This document shows, one piece after another, positions 25,190-37,750 of a stretch of DNA of 42,574 bases (the stretch's first letter is position 1; each line of letters begins with the position of its first letter). This stretch comes from Octopus bimaculoides (Eukaryota). The notes below the pieces were generated by a model. The model saw only the letters and a list, made by a program, of their open reading frames with translations, did not search any database and was not told the origin of the DNA. The stretch is taken from assembly GCF_001194135.2 (NCBI RefSeq), contig NC_068984.1, forward strand, positions 34,757,857 through 34,800,430, given 5' to 3'. The translations under genes and the position numbers were made by a program.

Positions 25190-27050
25190 TTTTCAGGATG
25201 TTTGCAGAATGTAATATATCTAAATTCTGGTATGTGTTAGATGGCACTTTGTGTGTTGTGCCGAGTACACAAATTATCAGGGAAGCAGTGCTCATGTCTA
25301 CGGTTCAGAATCTCTTAATTTCTATTGCTAGTTCCTAATATATTCAATTTTTCTCAATTTCTGTGATATCGTTCCTACGAACATATGGACTGCAAAATAT
25401 GTATTCCTAAATTCGTTTACTTTTGTTTTTGTTAATTGCTTTAGTCTCCTATGATCATATCTATTTTCATTGTTTTAGCAGAACAGTCATAAACTATAAT
25501 TGCCTTCAATATTTCAAACTCTGGCTAATCCACTTATAAATTTTTCGTAATTTCTAATCAACATGATTGGATTTTTAACCAACACACTCTTGCTAGCGAT
25601 GACATGCATTTTGTGCTAGCATATAGCACACACTTTAGTCTCATTTTCTCTTTTTTCTGGCATATTCAGTTTTTGCTCAGTTACTTTTAGCAACCTTTGT
25701 TATTATCCATTTCTTTCTATTGGTTAGTTAGGGACGCACTATAATTCAACAATTCATTTTCTCGTTTTATCTTTACACTTTCAATCACAACCATCTTTAC
25801 TCACTTTCAATATCGCCACATATTTGCATGGACCGACAGGTATTTCCTTCCTTCGTTTTCCAGTTATATCTCGAATTAGTCCTTTTGCTCTTCAGTTCTG
25901 TCTTTCAGTGATTTGAATGTTTGTGGCCGTAGTTTAAAACTTTTTTTTCTTCATTAAGTACATCGAAAGCTAACAAACTCAACATCATAGATCTGATGGT
26001 ATCTTTATTATTTTATAAATATCTGCATTCTTCCTTTATTGAGCCTGTGGATATTGTTTTTAACAGTGCTGTGCGCTATGTCTGGTTAGCAGCTTTGTAA
26101 TATCTATATCTAATTCTTGTAGTTCTGTGTTTTCCCACACAAGAAAATAAGTAAAATATCATAATACTTGTATGTTCAATGTATCGGATGCTTTTGTGGT
26201 GGAGTGGGGAAAGCACGTTCGTAATCCCTCTATACTTTTTGGATACTTTTTTCTCCCCTATCCCTTTCCATTACCTTACAATCATGTGGTAGGCCTGGTT
26301 AATCGAATTCCTCATTCCTTTCATCAATCTGATGATTTAGTAATACAATCCGATTTTAATATTTCGACTTCTGTTCATAATAAAAACTACACACTCCAAT
26401 TTGCATGCCAATATCCTATGAAAATATTATTATTGTATGGACAAATATTCCATATGGTTTTCGTTTTTTTGTGTAAACATAGCAAATGATTCATTTTCAT
26501 GCAGGTTTGACCAAGCTCAAAAGCAGGCTTGAATTTTCTCATGAAACATGCTACAAAAGTTAATGCAATAATAATAAAAAAAAAAGTAACTGAATATCTT
26601 CTTTCTGTATATTGACACTTACTAATGATTCATTTCTGCATTTTAGTTCTATTTCACATGATAACATCGCTTTCCTAAACAATACTGTTAAACTTCTTAT
26701 AGATTCTGAGCGTCTTCAGGTACTCTATAAGCTAACATCATGAGCTTTCTTAGATACAAACCAACCCACAGTTATGTTTCATTTGTTCTTCACTTAGTTT
26801 CATGTTACAGGTATAAACAGGTCCGCAGTACTTACTGATTTCCTTCTTGTATCTTTTTGGCTCTTCTTGTAATGCACTCTCTATCTTCAGAATGTTATGC
26901 AATTGATCTACTTTGAGGTCAGTTAGTAATTTCTAGAGAAATGGTGCTCATCAATAAGCCTGTAATTACTAAGTTCCCTTCTCTGTTCATTGTATTTCAT
27001 GTCCTTCTCTTAGTTATACATGCTGATGTTCTAGTCACTGCACAATTGTA
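25190..27050 (-). pseudogene. Ancient R4/Dong-like LINE fossil spanning RT, CCHC and RLE
   Basis: Manual minus-strand translation gives ordered motifs: SNYRLI; KLLTDL...LQEEPK; DLFI...NITVGWFVSKKAHDV (~AWIDYKKAYDSV); KMNHLL; DIGMQIGVC (~DIGM.FG..KC); WENTELQELDIDITKLLTRH; CAIC*HKMHVIAS; EIEKN*IY*ELAIEIKRF*...LIICVLGT...ILHSANILK. Many stops and frameshifts. Confidence 0.72.
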
Positions 27051-27389
27051 TGCGTGAGGTTTTTAAGCCAGAGTCCATGAGCGACACAGTTTTTTTTTTT
27101 TAATTTGATATCCTTTAATTCGTATTTTCTCTTTCTGTTATATAAATTTTATTTCTTTTATTTCTTTTTTATTGGCTTTGACTTATGTTTCTTTTAACTC
27201 TTAACTTTTTTCGTAAGCATCAAGTTTCCTGTTATGGTGAAATTCTTCCCTGGAAAAGTTCCTTGCTGCTTCAAAATTTGGTACATCATACTTACAGATC
27301 TTCATTCTCATTGTTCTACAGTTAGTTAAATCTCCGTTCATTGTTTCTGAAAATCCTCTTCTACTGAATCTATTTCTTTTTAGTCTTTT

Positions 27390-27572
27390 ATGCTTAGTGG
27401 CATTTCTTCAGAGATTACCTTCTGAGTTTAAATTCCGCAGAGGTCAATTTTGCCCTTCATTGTTTCCGGTCGATAAAATAAGTATCAATTGAGTACTGGT
27501 CTGGATCTAATTGACTTTCCTCTGCCCGAAATTGCTGGTCTTGCGCCAGAATTTGATATAATTCTTATTATT
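27390..27572 (+). mobile_element. tRNA-type SINE, 5'-truncated
   Basis: 'ttctgagtttaaattccgcagaggtcaattttgcc...gtcgataaaataagtatcaattgagtactgg...gaaattgctggtcttgcgccagaatttga' matches the other copies. Confidence 0.85.
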
Positions 27573-27654
27573 GTTACTTTTACATTATTATTATCGTAAC
27601 TGCAAGCGTACATACACACGCACATGGTTATAAGCATCTGTTCGTAAGTTTGTT

Positions 27655-27721
27655 CCTATGTGTGTATATTTATATATATATATATATATACGTATGTGTG
27701 TATATATACATACACACATAA

Positions 27722-27805
<84 letters not shown>

Positions 27806-27850
27806 GCATGCACTTATACGCTTTTATGTATGTATCTATATATGTGCATA
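27655..27850. repeat. (TA)n/(CA)n/(TATG)n microsatellite
   Basis: Seen directly. Confidence 0.95.
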
Positions 27851-28382
27851 GCTGAGTCATAGTAACAATTTACTATGCAAAGTAACGTTTATACCGACAT
27901 GCAATCTACAGTTTTAAGGGATATTTTATGCTTGTTTCTTTTATTGCTTGCTCTCTTTATAAACAATTCTTCCTATATAGTTTAGTACCAAATATAGACA
28001 AGGTTAATGTATTTCTTCTCAAATTACTTTCTACTGGCATTATAACCTCTCATTGTTTCAATAATATTATACTGGTTGTAAATCACATTCTTAATATTCA
28101 AATCGAAAACTTAGACGACAGAATTAAATATTTTAATTAAAGACTCCTATAGGGTCAACTCTTTAATTGGTACATTCTCATGATATTTATGATGACGATA
28201 AAGAGATGGCTCGAAAAGCGGATCCGGAGAAAGAAGCGTAGAATAGGTTTAAAACCATTAAGCTGATAATAACCCTGATGGGAGCAATAATAAACACTTG
28301 TTTCTAGTTTTGACACAAGGGCACGTAAGTTTTGACAATCATTTGGAAAATATGAAACAAAGAGCGAGCTAGAGTAAAGGCC

Positions 28383-28535
28383 GTTTCTCTACGCACAAGG
28401 CCATGATTTAGGAGAGGATGGGATTATCGATTCCATTGATTCCAGTACCTTGTTGGTGATATACTTCCTCCACTACTCGGGGGACTATAAGTATAATCTA
28501 CAGAATTTGAACTCTTCACGTAAAGATGCATAAGA
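28383..28535 (-). mobile_element. Degenerate tRNA-type SINE
   Basis: 'gcacaaggcc...atcgattccattgattccagtac...cagaatttgaactc' matches the minus-strand SINE pattern. Confidence 0.65.
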
Positions 28536-28639
28536 ATCATTTTCTGGTACATTGTATTTTTAATTTTTTAATGATTTTGTCAATATATTACTCCAAATAT
28601 TTGGTACTAATTTACGCGTAAAAAAAGGAACATTGACAT

Positions 28640-28740
28640 GAGATTGTAGTCCATTCTGTCAGCCTCAATAATTGACTGGTACGCTACTTTATCGGTCTCA
28701 GAATAATGAACGGAATATTCATTTGAACACATAGGGTAAA
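28640..28740 (-). mobile_element. Very degenerate SINE core fragment
   Basis: 'gactggtacgctactttatcggtctcagaataatgaacgg' resembles 'actggtacttattttatcgacccc.aaaggatgaaagg'. Confidence 0.4.
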
Positions 28741-28868
28741 ATTAATCCAATTTATACGTAGGGGCAAAATATATAATTGCAGTTTGCATTAGTTATATAT
28801 TATATGACCTTTTAATACAAAATACTGTAATCAAAAGCTTAAATGCTCTTATAATATTTATTTCCTAA

Positions 28869-29070
28869 GACGGTGAGCTGGCAGAACGCTAGGACTCAAT
28901 TTTGTCCGCATTTGCGTTCTGTGTACAAATTTTGCCGAGGTTAAATTTGCTTTCATCATTTGGGATCGATAAAATAAGTACCGCTTCAGCCCTGGATTCG
29001 ATGCAATCGACTTACAACACCCCAAAACATGCTGACCTTGTATCATGTACCAAAATTTAAAATTATTATC
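28869..29070 (+). mobile_element. tRNA-type SINE, near full length
   Basis: Head 'gacggtgagctggcagaacg', core 'gttctgtgtacaaattttgccgagg...gatcgataaaataagtacc...ctggattcgatgcaatcgactta', A/T tail. Confidence 0.85.
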
Positions 29071-29997
29071 ATATTTATTTCCAAAATAAACACTTAATGT
29101 GAGCTTCGTTGAGGTGTACATGTTCTTGGGTTGCAGGAAAAAGTCATTGTTACCTTCATATCAAAACCACATAGGACAAAGCAATTTGTATTGGAGTCCA
29201 ATCTATAGTAAATATTGGGAACAGTTCCTCGCCATGGATTATCTCTCTGCCTTTCTACCACTCTTCGCGACACTAAAATTTAATAAGCCTTGACATGTCT
29301 ACATTGAAAACGACAATTACAGAATCGTACATCTTTCATGTAGTGTAGTATTACGAGCAACACAAAACTGTAAATGTTGTAAAACGTATGAGTGCAGCAC
29401 ATTCCTTAACACAAGAGTCCATTCACATGATATGAACACGCTATATTGTGGCATTTCAAGTTATAAGAAGCATGCATTCTCACATTCTTACTCAACTTAT
29501 TTATAAATGTAAGTACGCATGCATAAACACGACAAAAAAAATCAAACTATCTCTTCCACACATAAACACACACAAACACACGCACACACATAAAGCGACA
29601 GTTGTGAATTCATTCGTTTAGAACGCAGGCACATGTAGTGAACATGGAGATGAATTCCATCTAGACAGATTCTGTACATTTGAAACTTGACAGCCTTTTG
29701 ACACTAATATGAAAAGTCCTGAAAGGTACCTCCTTATTGATGACTGCATATCGAGACATTTCCTTATGCTCCTCAAGTTAATTCTAAACAATGACGTTCT
29801 TCGTGTGCCACATAAACGATAACCATGTTCTTGATCAATGAAAGACAAAGCAAGCGGTGCTCAACTAACGCAGTGTTTCAATTTTCCAGTTTTTCCAGTT
29901 TTCCATTGGATAACTTGTGCATGTACCACTAGCGACCTAAGGTGCGAGTCAACTAATGAGTATAATCTTGTTTTTTATTCGTAAAATAAAAGACCTG

Positions 29998-30028
<31 letters not shown>

Positions 30029-30845
30029 TATTTATATAGGCGTGTATGTGTGTGTTGAGTGACAATGACTGTGAGCTTGTATGTGTACGTGTGTGTGTGA
30101 ATACACTTATCGATGAATTTCCATCCTCCAAATTCTCATGAGGGCAATATACATATATATATGCAGAAACGTATATACAGCAATTAATAATTACGTAAAA
30201 TATATTAAATTATCTGTTAGCAATGGACACATGAATATTTTGTTCATTTGGAACCAATTATTCAAAAGACAAATATAGTAATATGATGGTAAGCATAGTA
30301 AGCAGAAAATAGAGGAACAGACATATTTCATTGCTGAACGTTGCATCAAGTCGTAGGTTAACCACGACTGAAGAGAAATATCATTAATATCAATTAAATC
30401 AATTATCCCTTATTTGTGTAAATGTGTAATTTACCTTTAATCACATTAACGTCTGCGATTTGAGGGGAATTTGGTCGATCTTTTTCACAGGTTAGTCGGC
30501 CAATTAGTGGCCTCCGTGTTTGAACAAGCTATGTACTTTAAAACTATAGGCACGAGATAAGGGATCAAGTGAAAGTGTGTATTTGATGTAAAATATTCAA
30601 ACATTCATAATGGATGTGGCGGTGCCGAAACAAAAATGATTTAACGCAAGATAGTATATGTTATGATTAAATGTGTCTAATGTCCAAACACAAGTTTATG
30701 TCTGCAGATAGCGTAAGTAGGAGCTTGTTAAATATGTTATTGCCAACATTGTGAGACAGGCACACTAAAGCAGATTTGTGTGTGGAATACATTGTATATA
30801 TAATTGAGATACTGAAACTGATAATATTATTAATGTTAATGATAA

Positions 30846-31064
30846 GGAGGCAAACTGAGAGAATCATTAGCAGGCCGGGCAAAATGGTATGAGACATTTC
30901 GTCGGTCTGCAAGTTCTGAGTGGATGTTCTTCCGAGGTCGACTTTGCCTTTAATCCTTTCGAGGTGGATAATTTAAGTACCAAAGAAACACTGGGATGGA
31001 TATAATTGCCTAGTCCCTTCCCACAAAAATTTCAAGCATTTTGCCTTCAGTAGAAAAGATTATT
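30846..31064 (+). mobile_element. tRNA-type SINE, near full length
   Basis: 'ggaggcaaactgagagaatcattagcaggccgggcaaaatg...gttctgagt...ccgaggtcgactttgcctttaatcctttcgaggtggataatttaagtacca'. Confidence 0.88.
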
Positions 31065-31974
31065 AATGTTAATGATTTTTTAGTCAGAATTATTAATAGT
31101 AAATGTTCAGGATAGATGGGTTCATTATAAGTGATAACGGCTAAGTTCGTATACCGCTAACAAACACTTCTTGAACGTATCAAATAGTCATTCCTGCTAG
31201 AATTGATCTTTTTTTGCTGATACGCATTTGACTAATCTAATGCTGAGTGCTGATTAATAGCACCGTGATGATATTTTGAGACATCAAAGTGGACCCAATA
31301 TATTGTTGTTAGTAGAGCTTTCTGGCACTGGCACATTTTGACAATATAGCAGAATGCACATCAATTTGCTAATGAAAAGAATGCTTTTAATCTGATGTTG
31401 GAAAGCGACGAAAACGTATTACCTTCACGAGTGGGAATATTTGTTCTTGAGGGAGAGAATAGCCACTATATATGGAGGATTTTATTTCGGAAGCTCAGGA
31501 TACAATTTGTATTCTGTTTGTTGAATTGAACCATAGATCCACTTTGATGTTCGGTGATTAATGAAAACTATTGAAAGAATAATAAGTGACAGTTAACGTC
31601 CGTTTGATGTAAAACATAAAAGTAGAAGAAATGAAAAACCGAAGTTGCTACAACCGTTTTGTAAATTTACATCTGTATTTACAGTTATCGGCGCACTTCA
31701 GCATATAGCATACATCTTACTACCTCAACACCAATTTGATAGGCTGGTCTGCCAAACAACAGAATTTACTGGTAATTAAGAGTTTATATAGGTGAATTGT
31801 TCCAAAATTTCACTCCTAGTAGATTTACATGCACAGTATAAGAAGACAAAATTTACACTTCCAATGGAATGTATGCACGCACTTGTGATCAACTGCATAT
31901 ATACATACATACACGCGCGCGCACGCACACACATACACACACACACATATATATATATATGTCTAAGTAATTTA

Positions 31975-32290
31975 TAGAGTTATGTTCCTTTCCTATAGTA
32001 ATAGTTAGGCTGAATCTTTTGAAAAATTGTATACTTTTTCTTGATCAGTTCTAAACTTACATTTGAGATGTCTTTTATTACGAATAGTGCATCGTCCCTA
32101 TATAGCCCACCCTTGATTTCTGGGAATTCTTCCTGTGATAACAAAGAAATACATGATAACAAAGAAATACCAGGTAAGTCTGTTACCTGTGCTGAATCTG
32201 GGGCACCTTTGGATATATCGAAGTTGATAGGGGGGTCTTTTCGTATAATTCATTCAGTCGAGAACTACCAACTCTTTTTGAATGTTAAAT
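31975..32290 (-). pseudogene. Penelope-like element RT fragment
   Basis: An in-frame minus-strand read NFDISKGAPDSAQVTDLPGISLLS-CISLLS-QEEFPEIKGGLYRDDALFV...SLELIKKK matches PLE RT motifs 'FD..MG..D.A....LVG' and 'GLYRDD'. Abuts (TA)n. Confidence 0.85.
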
Positions 32291-32910
32291 TTCCTCTTTC
32301 TATATTTTTCTTTTTCTTTTCTTTGCACTCCTCAAACCTAAATATTATTCCGATACTTTATTCATCTACACGCTAAATCGCACCGATGCTAGTTATATAA
32401 TTTTACCTTTATTTACGGCTTTCTTTATAAATATACGAACCACCTACAACCTATCAGTTAGTGACCACACAGGATATCCCTAATTAAGGATAATTCCCTC
32501 AGATTACACCGGTGGTCAACTAGTCGAACAGGCAGACACATGAAGTCATGCTAATAACTAACGACGAAACTTTAGATTCAGCTAACCACCATTCGTCATC
32601 TACCTCACAATGGATTTAATGAACTTTGGACCTAACTAAAATGTAAGAGTTTCGAATCATTGAACATTTTCTTTTCCAGTTTCTCCCTCTATCTTTCGCT
32701 CTATTCTCCTATTTATCTATCTCTGCCTTCTTCGTCCTGATGATGTCTACCATTTGCAACGAGATAAATAGATATTTACCTCAGCATGGTACACAGAAAC
32801 AGCTGTAACCTCACTCTTACTCTCACCTTGCTTAACTAATTAAATAATCGCTATTTTTGCACCAAAGATACGCTGATCATTGTTGTTTTTCCTCCATTTT
32901 CTCATCGTCT

Positions 32911-33097
32911 ATATGTATATATATATATATATNNNNNNNNNNNNNNNNNNNNNNNNNNNNNNNNNNNNNNNNNNNNNNNNNNNNNNNNNNNNNNNNNNNN
33001 NNNNNNNNNNNNNNNNNNNNGTATATATATATACTTATACATATAAATATACATACGCACAAACACACTCACACACACACACACATATTTATATATG

Positions 33098-33144
<47 letters not shown>

Positions 33145-33145
33145 T
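32911..33145. repeat. (TA)n/(CA)n around gap 32933-33020
   Basis: Seen directly. Confidence 0.95.
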
Positions 33146-34844
33146 TATGTTTGAGAACCTAATTGTCATTGTTGAAATTCTTGAGCAAATTTTATTTCTG
33201 ATTTGGAAACCAGTTACTCGTGATTCGCTTTAAAAATAAAAGCAAAATGTACATACATTCACATACACAGACATAGAATTCCTGCTTAATAATCTACTTC
33301 CCTTATTAGAAATGTGGCAAATTGGTATTGTTTTCCAATACAGAGACACAATTATCAGTGCGAAACTGACTGGCTAATTGAACACTTAACATGTCTGAAA
33401 ACCTATAATCGAATGACTAAATGATATTTATTCTAATTTGCACAGTAAATTTTCCAGAATGTCGAACATTCAGAAAGCAGGCATGTGTCAGTTTGGAAAG
33501 GAAAAGAACGTGAGTAGGCAGTAAGAAAGAGGAATAATTTATCCAAATACACACATCGTGATAATTTCAACCAAACGCGTATGAACCATGAAAAATGTGT
33601 TCCACAAACGCGTATCAAACAATCATTTCTGGAGTAGCTTCTCGGTTGCTTGGAAGAAAACATAAGCAAATAATAAATCCTAATGCATCCGACGCATCAT
33701 TTGAGCTCTTATTAACTTCATAATTATTTATACAATAATTAGCAATAATTATCATTTATTATTAGACTTTTTACATTTATTATTATATATAATATCACCG
33801 TTGCAGCAGTAAGGATTCTTTGATTTTGCATGTGGCACGTATTTTGAAATAGCACTTTCTAAATAAGCTCAACATTAAAATATCTGAAGATGTAGAAGTA
33901 TTAGGCGTTGCTTTAGTTACAATATTAGATCATCTCCGACAAGTATAGCCTATTCTTTCATACATGAACAAATGTATGTTGGGTCATGGAAAAGAAAAAA
34001 AAAAAGTATAAACCGTCAGTTAGAAACTTGTATCTAAACACACAAGATTTAAAGACAGCGGTTTTTATATATGAAATCTTTAGAGCTACTCAATTTCATT
34101 TCAAAATAGTCAAAACAACACCACCAACAATAAAAAAATAAAGAGCGATCTTTATTGAGAAAAATGTCTCCACACTGTCACACGTTTTGTTATATCTAGT
34201 AGCCGAATCTGCATCGAATCGAGGTCCTAACACACGTGCGAGCCTGCGCATGCGCTTAAACACACACACACACACACACACACACATACGCACACACACT
34301 CTCTCTCTCTCTCTCTGACACACACACACACATAGATATAGAAGCAAAATATGATGAACTGATCACGTTGACAGCATATTTCAACGGGTGGCCCCTTTAT
34401 TTCGGCATAGTTTACGATTATGTATTTGTTTTGCAAAATTTCTTATGTGAAATGATGCGTTGAAACAAATACTGTTACACTTGGTGAGTATTATTTTGTC
34501 AATAAACAGACGCAGTACTCTTTTGATCTTCATTTTAACTTTAGTTGTTTATTTGTCAGAGTACTTTCGCAAAAAAAATTTGTAACCTTCTTCAATGACT
34601 GTCTGTTCATATTTTCTGTGGCTCCTCTTCACTGTGGACAAAATGGAAGAGATAGGAAATGACTAGAGGAGACACGAAGAGGTACTCATTGAATAAGTCA
34701 CTATATAGGTGAAGAGGAAGTTGATATGTAAAGAGCATGTAATATATATATATACAAACGTACATGCATACATACACACATTTACACCCACAGATACAAG
34801 CGCACGCGCGCACACACACATAAATAGTTAGACAACGACACATA

Positions 34845-34896
<52 letters not shown>

Positions 34897-34969
34897 ACTT
34901 ACATATGCATATGTTTATACAATGACACACTCACAGATGCACTAACACGCACATATTGGTAAATAGATA

Positions 34970-35075
34970 AATATACAGATAGATTAGATGAGACAATTAG
35001 ACAGAAAGAAAGAAAGAAAGAATGAAAGATGGATAGATAGATAGATAGATAGATAAACAGATTGATCGATAGATC

Positions 35076-35149
<74 letters not shown>

Positions 35150-35160
35150 ATGATAGATAC
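34970..35160. repeat. (GAAA)n/(GATA)n tetranucleotide array
   Basis: Seen directly. Confidence 0.95.
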
Positions 35161-36159
35161 ATGAATTTGGCTTGACGTTTACAGTGACGATGATATATAA
35201 CTAACGCAGAAAATACAGAATACAAAAAAAAAGATGCACAAAGAAAACTAATAGCGACTTGTTATGATCAACGTCCAAAAAACTGTTTAAATTAAAACAT
35301 TGCATCTGTCCAGATCTCACAGCCTTTCAAAATTATCCCTATTCACCGAAACTGCCACAAACCCAAACATCGTATAAAGGAAACATTCCAAAATAGATCT
35401 TTGCTACGAAGACATTGTTTCCTTCTACGTATGGGCAAATCAGAAAGTTTCAGAAAAAAGAGATAATTTGTTTTTCTCTAACATAGATTTGTCCCAAAAG
35501 TCATCATGAACTCCAATTTTCATATCCTGGTTTTCTCCTGCATATGTGTGTATGTGTGTGTACGTGTGTGTTTATGTGTGAGCGTGTGTGTCCATATGGT
35601 ATTCTATATATTCCTCCAACACTCTTTATCTAGCATTCATTTCCAAATTACTTGTTTTTAATTCTTTAGCTATTTTGTTCTATCCCTTTCTCTCTCTCTC
35701 TCTGTTGGTATTTATTAGTTTTCTGAGGAAAAGGAACTTTTATTTCCCATCATATTTCCACGTATTAAGCGTTTATTTATTTATTGTCATATATAACTCA
35801 GTGAATCAGTATATCTGTAATAATCTTTTCAAAAGTACTTGAAAAATATTATGGACACGGTTATATTCAAGATATACTCATTATTATAGGAACTCGTGCA
35901 TGTGAATTAACAGAAATTGTGTGTAAAACCTGAATATAAACTAACAAATCTTACGAAAATATAATGTATTAAAGAAGAACGTTTTTGTAACCTGACACCA
36001 TCAAATCAGTTATTGCCATGAATGACATCATTACTTTGTTTACCATAATATGTACTGTACCCAACGTAAAGAAAATGTGACTTTGAATATATTATCGTGT
36101 AGAATGTTAGTAACAGTTCCAGTATCTAGACTGCACCACGTGGATCTTGTAAATATTTC

Positions 36160-36335
36160 TCTCAGAAATTTCGGGAGAGGGCGATGTCGACTACATCAAT
36201 TTCATTGATTAACTGGTATTATTTTATCGCCCCCCGGATGGAAGACCTCTGCAGAATTTGAATATGAGTATAAAGCGAAGCGAATTTCGCTGAGCACTTT
36301 TTCCAGCGTGCTGACGATGCTGCCAGATCACAGCC
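36160..36335 (-). mobile_element. tRNA-type SINE, internally deleted
   Basis: 'aactggtattattttatcgcccccggatgg...gcagaatttgaatatgag...gcgtgctgacgatgctgccag'. Confidence 0.78.
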
Positions 36336-36346
36336 ACATAGATCTA

Positions 36347-36522
36347 ATAATATTCTTTCTAATATAGGCATTAAGACTGAACTCTTTTGTCTTTCGGTGC
36401 TTGGGTGGATGGTCGTTTACAAGTGGTAATTATTCTACTGACCGAGAAAGGATGAAATGTAAATCGACCTCGGCGGAATTAGAACCAAGAAGACGGAAGA
36501 AATGCGCATTTTCTGCCAGACC
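36347..36522 (-). mobile_element. tRNA-type SINE in tandem with the previous copy
   Basis: 'gaaaggatgaaatgtaaatcgacctcggcggaattagaacc...gacggaagaaatgc...ttctgccag'. Confidence 0.8.
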
Positions 36523-36765
36523 CCACAAAGTTGATCTAATAATATCAAGTCTTATGTTACTCAGATACCAAATTCAGCCTGGTGATATGAACTAACCAAA
36601 ACTAATTAAATATCAATGCGTCAAAGTGCTGAGAAAAACGGTTATGCATGTGTGTGTGTCTGGGGGGGGGTATATATAAATACACACACGCACAAAGAAA
36701 ACACATACACACACATATAAAACAATAGGTTAAATAGAAAATGCAAATTGTGATATATTTTATTG

Positions 36766-36871
36766 ATCACAACAATTGTTTCGACCCGTCTTGCATCAGT
36801 CTCTCAGAGGTGAGATGCTGTACTACTGGTTATAGAGTATGCTTCTGTGCAGATGTGTCTCTTCAGGTAAC
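36766..36871 (-). ncRNA. Candidate type-I hammerhead ribozyme with a long loop II, probably in a PLE terminal-repeat remnant
   Basis: Minus strand: GUUAC-CUGAAGA-GAC-[71 nt]-GUC-GAAA-C-AAUU-G-UU-GUGAU, followed by AAUAAA. Folded by hand only. Confidence 0.5.
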
Positions 36872-37417
36872 TTTGCAAAAGATCCCTGGCTCAAAACCTC
36901 GGCTTCGCTCCGTTCGGTTCGGATGCATTTCATTATTTGCCTTTAGCTAGTTGCACGCAGGTTTCGTGGTTTGGAATGATATGGAATGGAGACAGTGCAT
37001 TTTTTTTTATAAGGACCAACGCAGAGTTAGTTACAAATAGAGCGTAAAATATAAGAAACCGATTATTTAGATAAGTACACAATGAGCTGGTATTATTCTA
37101 GCCTTGATAAATCTATCTCGTTAAATAATGTCATAGAAAGATAACACAATTACATAGGAGACGAACATACCAAAGACAACAGACACAACAGTGGTTAATT
37201 AAAATTTGGCAATTCGACTATGGCATTTTGTAGACACATCAAGACAACATTCGCTCCTCTCACTTCCATTTTAGAGATATCCAGTTGTGGAGCTAAAATA
37301 TAAATCCATATAAACGACATAATTAGCCAGCCGTAGAAGCCGTTTCACGTAGATTAATTAGTTGACTTCTGTTGCCCCAAGAATGTGCTTCGCTTATCAA
37401 TGCGGACAGACAGACAG

Positions 37418-37657
37418 TCAGACACACACACACACACACGCGCGCGCGCACACACACACACATATATACACATATACATGTTCACGTAGGTACGCACATA
37501 GTGACACGCGCACGCACATGCATGGCCTCGTGGACACCCATACACGTATCACGTAGGAATACTGATAGAGGCAAGCATTCACACACACACGCACACACAC
37601 ACATGCACACACACACACGCACACACACACACATGCACACACCCGCAAACACACACG

Positions 37658-37691
<34 letters not shown>

Positions 37692-37750
37692 CATGTACAT
37701 ACATATATACATTCACATGCATACACATAAAGAGAAACACACGCACACAA
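37418..37750. repeat. Long alternating purine-pyrimidine (CA/CG/TA) tract
   Basis: Seen directly. Confidence 0.93.

Noticed and set aside
28869-31064. SINE heads as tRNA genes
   Set aside because: No complete cloverleaf, and each continues into a shared SINE body and tail.
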